A DNA stretch of 64,000 nt from Dendrobates tinctorius (Eukaryota): positions 7,006,001 through 7,070,000 of the forward strand of contig NW_027361869.1 in assembly GCF_039654945.1 (NCBI RefSeq), given 5' to 3'. The stretch's first letter is position 1. Each line of letters starts with the position of its first letter. The notes beneath the pieces are model-generated. The model saw only the letters and a list, made by a program, of their open reading frames with translations. It was not told the DNA's origin and did no database searches. The position numbers were made by a program, and so were the translations under genes. Below, piece after piece: positions 15,585 through 27,985 of this stretch.

Positions 15585-15614
15585 TTGTATTCTTTTCTGT
15601 GCTGACAACCCAAA

Positions 15615-15656
15615 GGCTCTTTTCAGAGCCACCCACATCTTCTACCTGAGAGGCTA
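15615..15656 (+). terminator. H4 3' stem-loop and HDE
   Basis: GGCTCTTTTCAGAGCC (15615-15630), ACCCA, then TGAGAGGCT. Confidence 0.93.
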
Positions 15657-16029
15657 CGATTTCCTATTCCTGCATTCTGGTGCCTGTAAGTATACTAGTT
15701 GTCACAGCCTGGCATGTGTCTTGCACTTTCCTCCTTCCATACTGGAGCTGGCACCGCGGACTTGGGGTGATGTGGTTTATTCTCCTTGATCTATAATATA
15801 CAGCTGCCAGGTTCTGGGGGCATACAGTATATCCGCACTGTGCAGCACAGACATCTCTGCACCACAGTACATACCTCGCTGTGATGTGGTCACTACAGAG
15901 CAGAAATCCAAGTTCTGCCGTGAGATGAACGTGATTCTGCTACAGGTCTTCCTGATCAGATCAGTGTGTGTGTCAGGAGGCAGCGAATACTCCCGGGGAT
16001 TGTCGCTGGATAGATGCGCCTCCCCCAAA

Positions 16030-16078
16030 GGCTCCTATCAGAGCCGCACACATGTGTTCTGGAGAAGCTACAATTCCT
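16030..16078 (+). other. Orphan degenerate histone stem-loop with HDE-like segment
   Basis: CCAAA GGCTCCTATCAGAGCC GCACACATG..GGAGAAGCTACAATTCC resembles the H4 3' end. Confidence 0.6.
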
Positions 16079-17289
16079 GATATTTGATGACTGCGGTGAT
16101 GGAGTCTGGTCAGATCCTATTTCTCAGGATTGGTGTAAATCCAGTGAGGAGCGGTCACATCCTGTACCGGTAACTGCTCCCCCTTGTTAGTGGCGGCTCC
16201 CCGGTATGTTCAGCGCCTGCATCTCATCACTACCACCCTCCTCATTTACCATCTACATGTGGCCACTGATTGTGACCTCCTGACTGCTCCTAATAACATG
16301 GACTGGAGCTACAGCCGGCAGCGGTCTCCTGTGCTCGGGCTGATGGATGAAGCCGCTCCCTCCCCGCAGCCGGACATTAGCGGCTCGTTCCCCTCATGAC
16401 GGGGAGGTTTCTGGTGTCTTATCCTATTTATCAGTAGTCGGAGCCAGAAGAGAGAACAGAGTCCGCACCCCGAATGTACAGCGCCGTCATCCGAGCCTGG
16501 CGGACCATAGCGAGGACTGGAGATGAGGCGGCTCCGGAGCCTGTGTATTTCTGAGTGCGGAGAGCGCCATCCCTCCAGAGGAGAAAAAGTCTCGCATACA
16601 AGATAACTGCATAAATGTGGTTGGTGAGATAATGAGCAGCGGCCACCGTTCTGGGGATTGAGGGGTTAATACAATCTCACTTTACCACATGATCTGCAGG
16701 TATAATGGCCGCTTACTCCTGACAGTGATTGGGAAATGATGTCTCTTCCACAAGCAGAGAACAGTCACTGAAGGGTTAATGATCGAGGGCCGAGAGCACG
16801 ACTGAGCGGGAGATTCAAATCATCAAACGGTTATAAAGCTCCGCCCACAGGAACCGACCAATCGATAGACGTGCTTCCTCCTACGTTTAACTCCTTATTG
16901 CCCTTCTACCTGCTGCTCCTCATGTACACGTGTTCTCCCGGCAGCGCTCAGCACATCGGGCTCCTCCTGGTAGAACATGTGCGGATTGTATCATCCGATC
17001 TGTGCTAGATGCGGCCTCCTGTGATCAGTGCGGACCCCACACGGAGACGCCCAGATATAACGTTACCGGGTCTCCGTGTGGGGTCCGCTCCGATCACTGC
17101 TGGAAGTGGAGTTGAGACTGATCAGCCCTGGAGCTGCAGGCAATGTATACACACCCCGTACGGTGCTGCACATCCTCCATACCACCTACTGGGTGGTATA
17201 CAGCACTACAAAGCCTACGTGTGCTGTATACTCCCCATCTAGTGCTGCAGACACAAATCCGAGAGCATCTGTTCTATATAAGCCTGAAT

Positions 17290-17482
17290 CATGGAATGTT
17301 CCAGCTCAGTGCAAGATTCATTAAATCCTCCCAGACGGATGTCTGTCCAGCCTCTGTTTGAAGACTTCCATTGAAGGAGAACTCACCACCTCCAGTGGCA
17401 GCCTGTTCCACTTATTGATCATCCTCACTGTCAAAAAGTTCTCTTTAATATCTAATCCGTGTCTCCTCCCATTCAGAATCAT
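17290..17482 (-). mobile_element. 5'-truncated CR1 fragment
   Basis: Reverse complement of the CR1 3' end at ~30555-30750 (TGTCTGTCCAGCCTCTGTTTGAAGACTTCCATTGAAGGAGAACTCACCAC). Confidence 0.88.
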
Positions 17483-17484
17483 CT

Positions 17485-17940
17485 ACAGAATACCCCCATA
17501 TAGTGCTGTAAACCCCAAATAGCTATTGTATGTATAGGCTCACATAGTGCTGGATACCCTCCATATAGTGACATGAGCATAAGGTAGTGCTGATACCTAC
17601 ATATTGCTGAATACTCTGCACAAAGTGCTGTGGGCCCTCCATATTGTTCTATATAACATCATATGTGGCTGTATACCCCCATATAGTGCTGTAAGCTGCC
17701 AAATACTGTTGTATACGGACACATTGTGCAGTATACCCTTCAAGTAGTATTATATACCTCCATATAGTGCTGATAATCCAACATATAGTATTTTATAGTT
17801 GAATATCCTGTATCCATACAGTGCTGTATACTCCCCATATATTCGTGCACACCCTCATGTATTGCTGTATACCCCCATAGAGTGACATGTATGCTCCTGA
17901 AAGGGCTGAATAATCCATATATCGGATATTCTGGACTCCG
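17485..17940. repeat. Degenerate ~20-bp minisatellite
   Basis: Recurrent ACCCCCATATAGTGCTGTA-like units. Confidence 0.7.
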
Positions 17941-18059
17941 AGCTCCTGATCTACAATCCCCACAACACTGCGCACCACAGAGATGAAGTTACTGCGGGAT
18001 CTCGTCACTTCTCCTCACGTTTTCTGACCTCATTATTGCGGGTCAGGATGATTTCGGAT

Positions 18060-19720
18060 TAGTGATGGGCGAGCACTAAAATGCTCGGGTGCTCGTTGTT
18101 AAGGTCAAGCAAATTAGAATACTCGGGTACTCGGTCAGGACAACGAGCCCCATGTAAGTCTATGGGAGACCTGAGCATTTTTGCAGCGATTCCCCCCAGG
18201 GGTCCATTTAAGGTCTAAAAACATCTGAAAATGAAGGAAACACTGCTCAAATGACACGGGGACATAATGCGGATCGCTTCTGGAACCATTCCTGACTCCT
18301 AGGTCACAGTTTCAAACAATGTTGTCAGAGTTTCATGCCATTGTTACCAGTGCACCAAATAATATACCAAAACGGATTTTGCTGGGATAAATTTTAAGGT
18401 ACATCCTTTCCAGGTTAAAGACTAGTATATAAGGCAAAATAAATAACCCCAAGTCAAAATGTTCCTCCACCACTTGGTCTATGTTCAGACGCAGCGTTTT
18501 TGAAGCGTTTTGCAACTTTAACATTGCTTTCAATCAAAACTAATGCATTCACTTGGAAATGTCATTGTAACATTTAACAACCCTAGCTGGCCATGCGGTG
18601 TGTGACACATAAGCAGACACATCTTGTTTTATTTATGAAGGAGGGACTCGGTCACAGAGCCTATTTTTACAGGGGCCTCAGGCGGCATTAATCTACTTAA
18701 AGGGCCATTATTAAACAGTGGGTCTCCTAAATGGTTATTGTCTATGCAGTGACTGGATGGGCTACCAAGAATTACAACACACCCAATACCCCTTTCACGA
18801 GATGTCCAGGAGGGCCTCCATAAAAAATGTTGCATTGAATGCAAGGCCTGCCCTGCTACAAAGTCATGTGCACCCCAATAAACCTTTGAACCCACATACT
18901 GGTTGGGCCCAGGACAATCCACTTCACATAGAATCAAAGAACATTATTACTTTCGTACTCCAATTCTGTTTTCTTATGGATTCACGGCAAGGCCTGCCCT
19001 GCTACCAAGTCATATGCACCCCAATCCCCCCTTGGAATAAAATATAGAGGGCCTTTTAAAAAATGTCTCATTAAAAAAAGAACCGGATCTCCTAGACTTG
19101 TAATGCCCATACACTAAGTGTGTTGGCTGGCAAACATGTTGCCCTGTGGGTTACACCTCAACCTTTTCCATAACCAGTATTTTACGCCCAGCAAAACCAC
19201 CCACCCTTGTTCGTGTGAGGACTCCTGGAGTGGACCCTCTGGGCCATGATTCCAACCCACCCTGGGCGAGCTGACCTGGTAAGGACCACCCAGGGATACA
19301 GGAAGCATCAGAACGCCCTGGGAAATAAAGTACCATGACTGCTGGAACCAGGTGGCAGGCTCGAAGGAGGCACAAGAGACAGTTTAGCAGGATGAAGTGG
19401 TGGATGATATAGTAACTGACCCAAGCTAGCAGGAGGACATGCAAAGTGAGGACAGCAGCATAGGGGGAGGGAGGCATAGCGCCCCAACAGCCAGGAAGAA
19501 GCAGTGTGGTTGCCGCAGACAGAAGGCCGGCGACTATTAACAGTAACACCAACATGATGGAAGTTGCCTGTCCATCTGTTAGGCCTTCTCAAGTCTAGTT
19601 GTTTTTTAATACTCTGCCCATAACCCCAAAAGAGGTCATTTGCACCACCTGCCATGCCAGCATCAGCAGGGGTAGCAAAACTACCAGCCTCACCACCACG
19701 AGCATGATCAGGACCATGGT
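18060..19720 (+). mobile_element. Degenerate hAT-like DNA transposon with BED zinc-finger remnant
   Basis: Terminus-like AGTGATGGGCGAGCAC; ORF 19599 FFNTL..VICTTCHASISRG..LTTTSMIR is a BED-finger pattern; ends approximate. Confidence 0.55.
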
Positions 19721-19756
19721 TGGTAGCAAAGCCGGCAGTATTAAAGGTCAGGAATT

Positions 19757-19797
19757 CGCTCTTCTTGAGGGAGGATTGGGTGGCTCTGAAAAGAGCC
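19757..19797 (-). terminator. H3 3' stem-loop and HDE
   Basis: Minus strand GGCTCTTTTCAGAGCC (19782-19797), ACCCA, then AAGAAGAGCG. Confidence 0.93.
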
Positions 19798-19828
19798 TTT
19801 GTGTTGCAGTCAGGTGGGCAGGACAGAT

Positions 19829-20308
<480 letters not shown>

Positions 20309-20711
20309 CTATTCACGCTTCATGAGGACACGTCCCCTGCATTCCATTGGTTATTTTGTAGAATGTGAGCAGCGAATAGCGTTTGATGTCCGCGACCAAT
20401 CACTGTACAGAGAAGGCTCAACCTGACTCACAGTTCAGCTATCACCCACTGCTCTGATACACAGGGTCACATCCAATCTCCAGGCGGCTTCTACAGCGGA
20501 AGCTCCGATTCTATATTCCCAGTACCCAGAGCGGTACAGCAGCTCCTCTATAATCAGTCACTGACGCTCCAACTCTCACATCGGAGTTATAACCTCACAC
20601 CACTCTTACTAAGATGTGGGTTACAGGTGGTGATAATTAGGATGATGGAAGTAACGTGATTTCTGCTGCACATCGGCCCCTTCCCTCCATTACACAGAAC
20701 TGTCACCTGAA

Positions 20712-21583
20712 GGCACCGATCATACAGCTCTGCGGGGAGGAGGTGGAGGCACTGATCATACAGCTCTGCGGGGAGGAGGTGGTGGCACTAATCATACAGC
20801 TCTGCGAGGGACAAGGTGGTGGCACTGATCATACAGCTCTGCGGGGACAGGGTGGTGGCACTAATCATACAGCTCTGCGGGGACAGGGTGGTGGCACTAA
20901 TCATACAGCTCTGCGGGGGACAAGGTGGTGGCACTAATCATACAGATCTGCGAGGACAGGGTGGTGGCACTGATCATACAGCTCTGCGGGGACAGGGTGG
21001 TGGCACTAATCATACAGCTCTGCGGGGACAGGGTGGTGGCACTGATCATACACCTCTGCGGGGACAGGGTGGTGGCACTGATCATACAGCTCTACGAGGA
21101 CAGGGTGGTGGCACTGATCATACAGCTCTGCGGGGACAGGGTGGTGGCTCAGATCATACAGCTCTGCGGGGACAGGGTGGTGGCACTGATCATACAGCTC
21201 TGCGGGGACAGGGTGGTGGCTCAGATCATACAGCTCTGCGGGGACAGGGTGGTGGCACTGATCATACAGCTCTGCGGGGACAGGGTGGTGGCACTGATCA
21301 TACAGCTCTACGAGGACAGGGTGGTGGCACTAATCATACAGCTCTGCGAGGACAGGGTGGTGGCTCAGATCATACAGCTCTACGAGGACAGGGTGGTGGC
21401 ACCGATCATACAGCTCTACGAGGACAGGGTGGTGGCTCAGATCATACAGCTCTGCGAGGACAGGGTGGTGGCACTGATCATACAGCTCTGCGGGGACAGG
21501 GTGGTGGCACTGATCATACAGCTCTACGAGGACAGGGTGGTGGCACCGATCATACAGCTCTGCGGGGACAGGGTGGTGGCTCT
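20712..21583. repeat. 36-bp satellite array 2 (~24 homogeneous units) starting at the H1 stem-loop
   Basis: (GGACAGGGTGGTGGCACTGATCATACAGCTCTGCGG)n; the last unit merges into GGCTCTGAAAAGAGCC. Confidence 0.97.
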
Positions 21584-21593
21584 GAAAAGAGCC
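21553..21593 (-). terminator. H1 3' stem-loop and HDE
   Basis: Minus strand GGCTCTTTTCAGAGCC (21578-21593), ACCACCCTGTCCCCG, CAGAGCTGTA (21553-21562). Confidence 0.95.
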
Positions 21594-21620
21594 TTTGTGT
21601 AAAATAACTGGGTCCGCAAC

Positions 21621-22235
21621 TTATTTCTTGGCCGCGGGCTTCTTGGCTTTCTTAGCCGGACTCTTGGCAGCTTTAGGTTTGGCCGCCTTTTTAGCCGGAC
21701 TCTTCGTCGCCTTCTTAGGCTTGGGAGCGGCTTTCGACTTCTTGGGGCTCTTGGCCGCTTTCTTGGCAGCTGCAGGCTTCTTGGCCTTTTTCGGGCTCTT
21801 CTTGGCCGTGGTCAGAGCCTTCTTGGGCTTCTTCGGAGATTTGGCGGCTTTCTTAGCAGCAACGGGTTTCTTGGGCTTGGCTGACTTCTTGGCCACTTTA
21901 GTCTCCTGCTTCTTGGTGAGTTTGAAGGACCCGGAGGCGCCGCTGCCCTTCACCTGGAGGAGGGTGCCCTTGGTGACCAGAGACCTGACGGCCAGCTTCA
22001 GGCGGCTGTTGTTCTTCTCTACATCGTACCCTCCGGCAGACAGCGCCTTCTTCAGGGCGGCCAGAGACACCCCACTGCGCTCCTTAGAGGCTGACACGGC
22101 TTTCACGATCAGCTCGGAGACGCCAGGACCAGAGGATTTCTTGCTGCTCTTGGCGGCGGATTTCTTTGGCTGCTTCTTGGCTTTGGCAGCCGGTTCTGCG
22201 GGAGGGGGAGCGGCGGCTGGCGCGGTCTCTGCCAT
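21621..22235 (-). CDS. H1: Linker histone H1, 204 aa
   Basis: [15 protein letters not shown]..., globular domain [39 protein letters not shown]-rich tail with SPKK motifs. Confidence 0.98.
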   Translation of the reverse strand: MAETAPAAAPPPAEPAAKAKKQPKKSAAKSSKKSSGPGVSELIVKAVSASKERSGVSLAALKKALSAGGYDVEKNNSRLKLAVRSLVTKGTLLQVKGSGASGSFKLTKKQETKVAKKSAKPKKPVAAKKAAKSPKKPKKALTTAKKSPKKAKKPAAAKKAAKSPKKSKAAPKPKKATKSPAKKAAKPKAAKSPAKKAKKPAAKK

Positions 22236-22304
22236 CCTTATGCTACGGAGCCAAAACACAAAAATCTCCCGATAGGAAAACACTAAGGCCGGAGCTGGAG
22301 GAGT

Positions 22305-22435
22305 CTGTTATATGTACAGGCTTACTGTGCACTGATTGGCTGCTGAGCTACAGGCTTACTGTGCACTGATTGGCTGCTGAGCTACACCGTCCTGAGCATC
22401 TATTGGCTGACACTGCATACATGCCCCGCCTCTTC
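22305..22435 (-). promoter_or_regulatory. H1 promoter with a tandemly duplicated 34-bp CCAAT module
   Basis: CATATAA near 22310 on minus; 22315-22348 equals 22349-22382; third CCAAT near 22402; GC box near 22424. Confidence 0.8.
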
Positions 22436-23171
22436 CCAGCTGAGAACGAGTGAAGCTCCGCTCTCCCCTTGTGCTTCCCTGCCCGGAATAAAAGCCCTTT
22501 ACCGGCTGACACCGGACAGCAGAGCGCGCTTCCTCCGCCGCTTCTTCTTCGCCATCTTCTCCACCGACCGTCTGTAGCTGTCACTAGCAGAGACGCCGGG
22601 GAAGAGCGGAGAGGAGGTCCCGGGATCATCGCCGTCGTCCTCCAGATCTGCACATCGCTGTGTATCCGGGAAGATACATCTGCTGGGGGAACTCGTTCCT
22701 CCTGTTCCCGGCTCCTGTCACCATCACAGGGATCTTTACTACAATGTCTATCGTACAGGACGCTGATTGTACGATGTGGGGACGACCTGGAGCTGCTGAG
22801 AGCCCAGAAGGGTAACACAGGCGATGGCTTCGCTGACTGCCGCCTCCCTGACCTGTGACCTCCCTGTACCCCGTATGTGCGGAGTATTGGGGGTGACAGA
22901 TGCTCCACATCAGGAGATGATCCACATCGGCTGATTGCAATGACCTGCTAATATCTGGTCTCACCCATTGTGGAGCTGTGACCGCTGAGGCCTGTAATGG
23001 TGGAAGAGAACTGATAAGGGGCAGCTTCATAATGCGACTCACTCCCCAACCAGACGCATCTCCGGGGAGAAAACTGTGAGATATTCCTGGATTTATGTGA
23101 CCCAACTATTGTGCAAAAGGGGAATATTGGGAGAAAAGAGGAGACACAAAATCCAATTTCTACACACAGAG

Positions 23172-24022
23172 CACAGCTGTATAGGGATGAGGTGGTGGCA
23201 CTTATCATAAAGCTCTGCAGGGATTAAGTGGTGGCACTGATGATACAGGTGTGCAGGGACGAGGTGGTGGCACTGATCATACAGCTCTGCAGGGAGTAGG
23301 TGGTGGCACTGATCATACAGCTCTGTGTGGATAAGATGGTGGCACTGATCATGCAGCTCTGCAGGGATGAGGTTGTGGCACTGATCATACAGCTCTGCAG
23401 GGATGAGGTAGTGGCACAGATCACACAGCTCTGCAAGGACCAGGTGGTGGCACTGATCATACAGCTCTGCGGCGACAAGGTGGTGGTACTGATCATACAG
23501 CTCTGCAGAGAGGAGGTGGTGGCACTGATCATACAGCTCTGAAGGGAATGTGTGGTGGCACTGATCATAAAGTTCTGCAGTGAGGAGTTGGTAGCACTAA
23601 TCATACTGCTTTTCAGGGAGGAGGTGGTGGCACTGATCATACAGCTCTGCAGGAATGAGGAGGTGGCACTGATCATACAGCTCTGCGGGGACAAGGTGGT
23701 GACACTGATAATACACCTCTGCGGCGACAAGGTGGTGGCACTGATCATACAGCTCTGCGGGGACAAGGTGTTGGTACTGATCATACAGCTCTGCAAGGAC
23801 CAGGTGGTGGCACTTATCATACAGCTCTGCAGAGAGGAAGTGGTGGCACTGATCATACACCTCTGCGGCGACAAGGTGTTGGTACTGATCATACAGCTCT
23901 GCAAGGACCAGGTGGTGGCACTTATCATACAGCTCTGCAGAGAGGAGGTGGTGGCACTGATCATGCAGCTCTGCTCGGACAAAGTGGTGGCACTTATGTT
24001 ACAGCTTTGCAGGGACAAGGTG
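23172..24022. repeat. 36-bp satellite array 3 (~23 units)
   Basis: Same consensus and variant units as array 1. Confidence 0.96.
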
Positions 24023-26856
24023 GGTTTTGGCCGTTGCAGCTGAAAAGAGGAAATCGGAAAACCAGGGGAAGAGTCTTGAGGAGATCATTTGCATATTCCC
24101 AGTGCCTTCTGGGATAAGTGAAGAGTCTCCGCGAGCTCTACGATCACTGGGTTTTGGCCGTTGCAGCTGAAAAGAGGAAATCGGAAAACCAGGGGAAGAG
24201 TCTTGAGGAGATCATTTGCATATTCCCAGTGCCTTCTGGGATAAGTGAAGAGTCTCCGCGAGCTCTACGATCACTGGGTTTTGGCCGTTGCAGCTGAAAA
24301 GAGGAAATCGGAAAACCAGGGGAAGAGTCTTGAGGAGATCATTTGCATATTCCCAGTGCCTTCTGGGATAAGTGAAGAGTCTCCGCGAGCTCTACGATCA
24401 CTGGGTTTTGGCCGTTGCAGCTGAAAAGAGGAAATCGGAAAACCAGGGGAAGAGTCTTGAGGAGATCATTTGCATATTCCCAGTGCCTTCTGGGATAAGT
24501 GAAGAGTCTCCGCGAGCTCTACGATCACTGGGTTTTGGCCGTTGCAGCTGAAAAGAGGAAATCGGAAAACCAGGGGAAGAGTCTTGAGGAGATCATTTGC
24601 ATATTCCCAGTGCCTTCTGGGATAAGTGAAGAGTCTCCGCGAGCTCTACGATCACTGGGTTTTGGCCGTTGCAGCTGAAAAGAGGAAATCGGAAAACCAG
24701 GGGAAGAGTCTTGAGGAGATCATTTGCATATTCCCAGTGCCTTCTGGGATAAGTGAAGAGTCTCCGCGAGCTCTACGATCACTGGGTTTTGGCCGTTGCA
24801 GCTGAAAAGAGGAAATCGGAAAACCAGGGGAAGAGTCTTGAGGAGATCATTTGCATATTCCCAGTGCCTTCTGGGATAAGTGAAGAGTCTCCGCGAGCTC
24901 TACGATCACTGGGTTTTGGCCGTTGCAGCTGAAAAGAGGAAATCGGAAAACCAGGGGAAGAGTCTTGAGGAGATCATTTGCATATTCCCAGTGCCTTCTG
25001 GGATAAGTGAAGAGTCTCCGCGAGCTCTACGATCACTGGGTTTTGGCCGTTGCAGCTGAAAAGAGGAAATCGGAAAACCAGGGGAAGAGTCTTGAGGAGA
25101 TCATTTGCATATTCCCAGTGCCTTCTGGGATAAGTGAAGAGTCTCCGCGAGCTCTACGATCACTGGGTTTTGGCCGTTGCAGCTGAAAAGAGGAAATCGG
25201 AAAACCAGGGGAAGAGTCTTGAGGAGATCATTTGCATATTCCCAGTGCCTTCTGGGATAAGTGAAGAGTCTCCGCGAGCTCTACGATCACTGGGTTTTGG
25301 CCGTTGCAGCTGAAAAGAGGAAATCGGAAAACCAGGGGAAGAGTCTTGAGGAGATCATTTGCATATTCCCAGTGCCTTCTGGGATAAGTGAAGAGTCTCC
25401 GCGAGCTCTACGATCACTGGGTTTTGGCCGTTGCAGCTGAAAAGAGGAAATCGGAAAACCAGGGGAAGAGTCTTGAGGAGATCATTTGCATATTCCCAGT
25501 GCCTTCTGGGATAAGTGAAGAGTCTCCGCGAGCTCTACGATCACTGGGTTTTGGCCGTTGCAGCTGAAAAGAGGAAATCGGAAAACCAGGGGAAGAGTCT
25601 TGAGGAGATCATTTGCATATTCCCAGTGCCTTCTGGGATAAGTGAAGAGTCTCCGCGAGCTCTACGATCACTGGGTTTTGGCCGTTGCAGCTGAAAAGAG
25701 GAAATCGGAAAACCAGGGGAAGAGTCTTGAGGAGATCATTTGCATATTCCCAGTGCCTTCTGGGATAAGTGAAGAGTCTCCGCGAGCTCTACGATCACTG
25801 GGTTTTGGCCGTTGCAGCTGAAAAGAGGAAATCGGAAAACCAGGGGAAGAGTCTTGAGGAGATCATTTGCATATTCCCAGTGCCTTCTGGGATAAGTGAA
25901 GAGTCTCCGCGAGCTCTACGATCACTGGGTTTTGGCCGTTGCAGCTGAAAAGAGGAAATCGGAAAACCAGGGGAAGAGTCTTGAGGAGATCATTTGCATA
26001 TTCCCAGTGCCTTCTGGGATAAGTGAAGAGTCTCCGCGAGCTCTACGATCACTGGGTTTTGGCCGTTGCAGCTGAAAAGAGGAAATCGGAAAACCAGGGG
26101 AAGAGTCTTGAGGAGATCATTTGCATATTCCCAGTGCCTTCTGGGATAAGTGAAGAGTCTCCGCGAGCTCTACGATCACTGGGTTTTGGCCGTTGCAGCT
26201 GAAAAGAGGAAATCGGAAAACCAGGGGAAGAGTCTTGAGGAGATCATTTGCATATTCCCAGTGCCTTCTGGGATAAGTGAAGAGTCTCCGCGAGCTCTAC
26301 GATCACTGGGTTTTGGCCGTTGCAGCTGAAAAGAGGAAATCGGAAAACCAGGGGAAGAGTCTTGAGGAGATCATTTGCATATTCCCAGTGCCTTCTGGGA
26401 TAAGTGAAGAGTCTCCGCGAGCTCTACGATCACTGGGTTTTGGCCGTTGCAGCTGAAAAGAGGAAATCGGAAAACCAGGGGAAGAGTCTTGAGGAGATCA
26501 TTTGCATATTCCCAGTGCCTTCTGGGATAAGTGAAGAGTCTCCGCGAGCTCTACGATCACTGGGTTTTGGCCGTTGCAGCTGAAAAGAGGAAATCGGAAA
26601 ACCAGGGGAAGAGTCTTGAGGAGATCATTTGCATATTCCCAGTGCCTTCTGGGATAAGTGAAGAGTCTCCGCGAGCTCTACGATCACTGGGTTTTGGCCG
26701 TTGCAGCTGAAAAGAGGAAATCGGAAAACCAGGGGAAGAGTCTTGAGGAGATCATTTGCATATTCCCAGTGCCTTCTGGGATAAGTGAAGCGTCTCCGCG
26801 AGCTCTACGATCACTGGGTTTTGGCCGTTGCAGCTGAAAAGAGGAAATCGGAAAAA
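24021..26856 (+). repeat. 127-bp tandem monomers (22 plus a partial copy) at the 5' end of CR1
   Basis: Unit starts at 24021 and recurs every 127 bp to 26815; one substitution seen (26791); each unit contains ATTTGCAT. Confidence 0.97.
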
Positions 26857-26917
26857 CCGCGCGCCTATCGGCGCGCAAATTTTGGCTCATCTTTCATCGT
26901 TTTTAAGAGATCTCAAC

Positions 26918-27806
26918 ATGGAAGAGGCCAGGAGCCATTTGGTGAGCTGCATTTCTTGCTACATGTTCACAGACTTACCAGTGGAAAAGCCAAATTTCAC
27001 ATGCCACAAATGCAAGCTTGTGTCCCTGTTGGAGGAAAAGTTGCAAAATCTCGAAGAGAGGTTGGCTACGTTGAAGATCATTAAGGAAGGTGAAGAGTTC
27101 TTGGACAGAGCAGAATTATCTCTTCATGTTACAGAAAGAGAAGAAATTCGAAGTGCACCTGAAGAAACCAGTACCAGGCTCTCACGCAGGAAAACGATGA
27201 AGAAATACATCAGGATAAGACTTTGCCAACAAACAGCAACCTTGTACGCCCTCAGAGTCCTCCTGGATGGAGAAAGAAAAATGTTGTGAAGAAGAAACGG
27301 AGAGTGGTGGTCATGGGGGATTCCCTGCTGAGAGGAACAGAGGCCGCTATCTGCAGACCGGATATAACTACAAGAGAAATGTGCTGTCTTCCAGGTGCAA
27401 AAATTAAAGATGTGTCTGACAGGATATCAGGACTCTTCAGACCTACAGATGACTACCCATTCCTGCTACTACATGTGGGGACAAATGACACCGCAAGAAA
27501 CGACCTGGAAACATCTGCAGAGACTTTGAAGACTTAGGCAAGAAAGTGAAAGAACTGGGAGCGCAGGTGGTCTTCTCTTCCATCCTCCCAGTGGATGGCC
27601 ATGGAACAAGGAGGTGGAATAAGATTCTGCAGGTGAACAACTGGCTACGTCGATGGTGCCGTCAGCAACGATTTGGATTTCTGGATCACGGAGTGAACTA
27701 CTTATACGATGGACTACTTGCTAGAGATGGGGTGCACCTTACGAAGACTGGAAAGCATGTATTTGGAAGTCGCCTTGCTACACTTGTAAGGAGAGCTTTA
27801 AACTAG
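26918..27806 (+). pseudogene. CR1 ORF1 (zinc finger, coiled coil, SGNH esterase), two frameshifts
   Basis: CISC..CHKC; VVVMGDSLLRG, HVGTND and DGVHL spread over three frames. Confidence 0.88.
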
Positions 27807-27985
27807 AACAACATGGGAAGGGAAGCAAAAGACCAGAAAAAGCCATACACCTGACAAATGCTATTGAGAACTCTGCTATTAGAAGTGGAAAGGAAGAACA
27901 AAGACGAAAGAATCTAATTAATAAAAATATTGGAGAAAGAGAAACCAATCACAAACTAAAATGTTTCTATACTAATGCACAAAGC

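Noticed and set aside
17951-17975. ZNF143/SBS-like CTACAATCCCCACAACACTGCGC
   Set aside because: Single imperfect match with no linked gene or snRNA
22497-22555. Minus-strand short ORF MAKKKRRRKRALLSGVSR
   Set aside because: Only 18 codons with no recognisable homology; more simply a YY1-like motif in CpG-rich DNA
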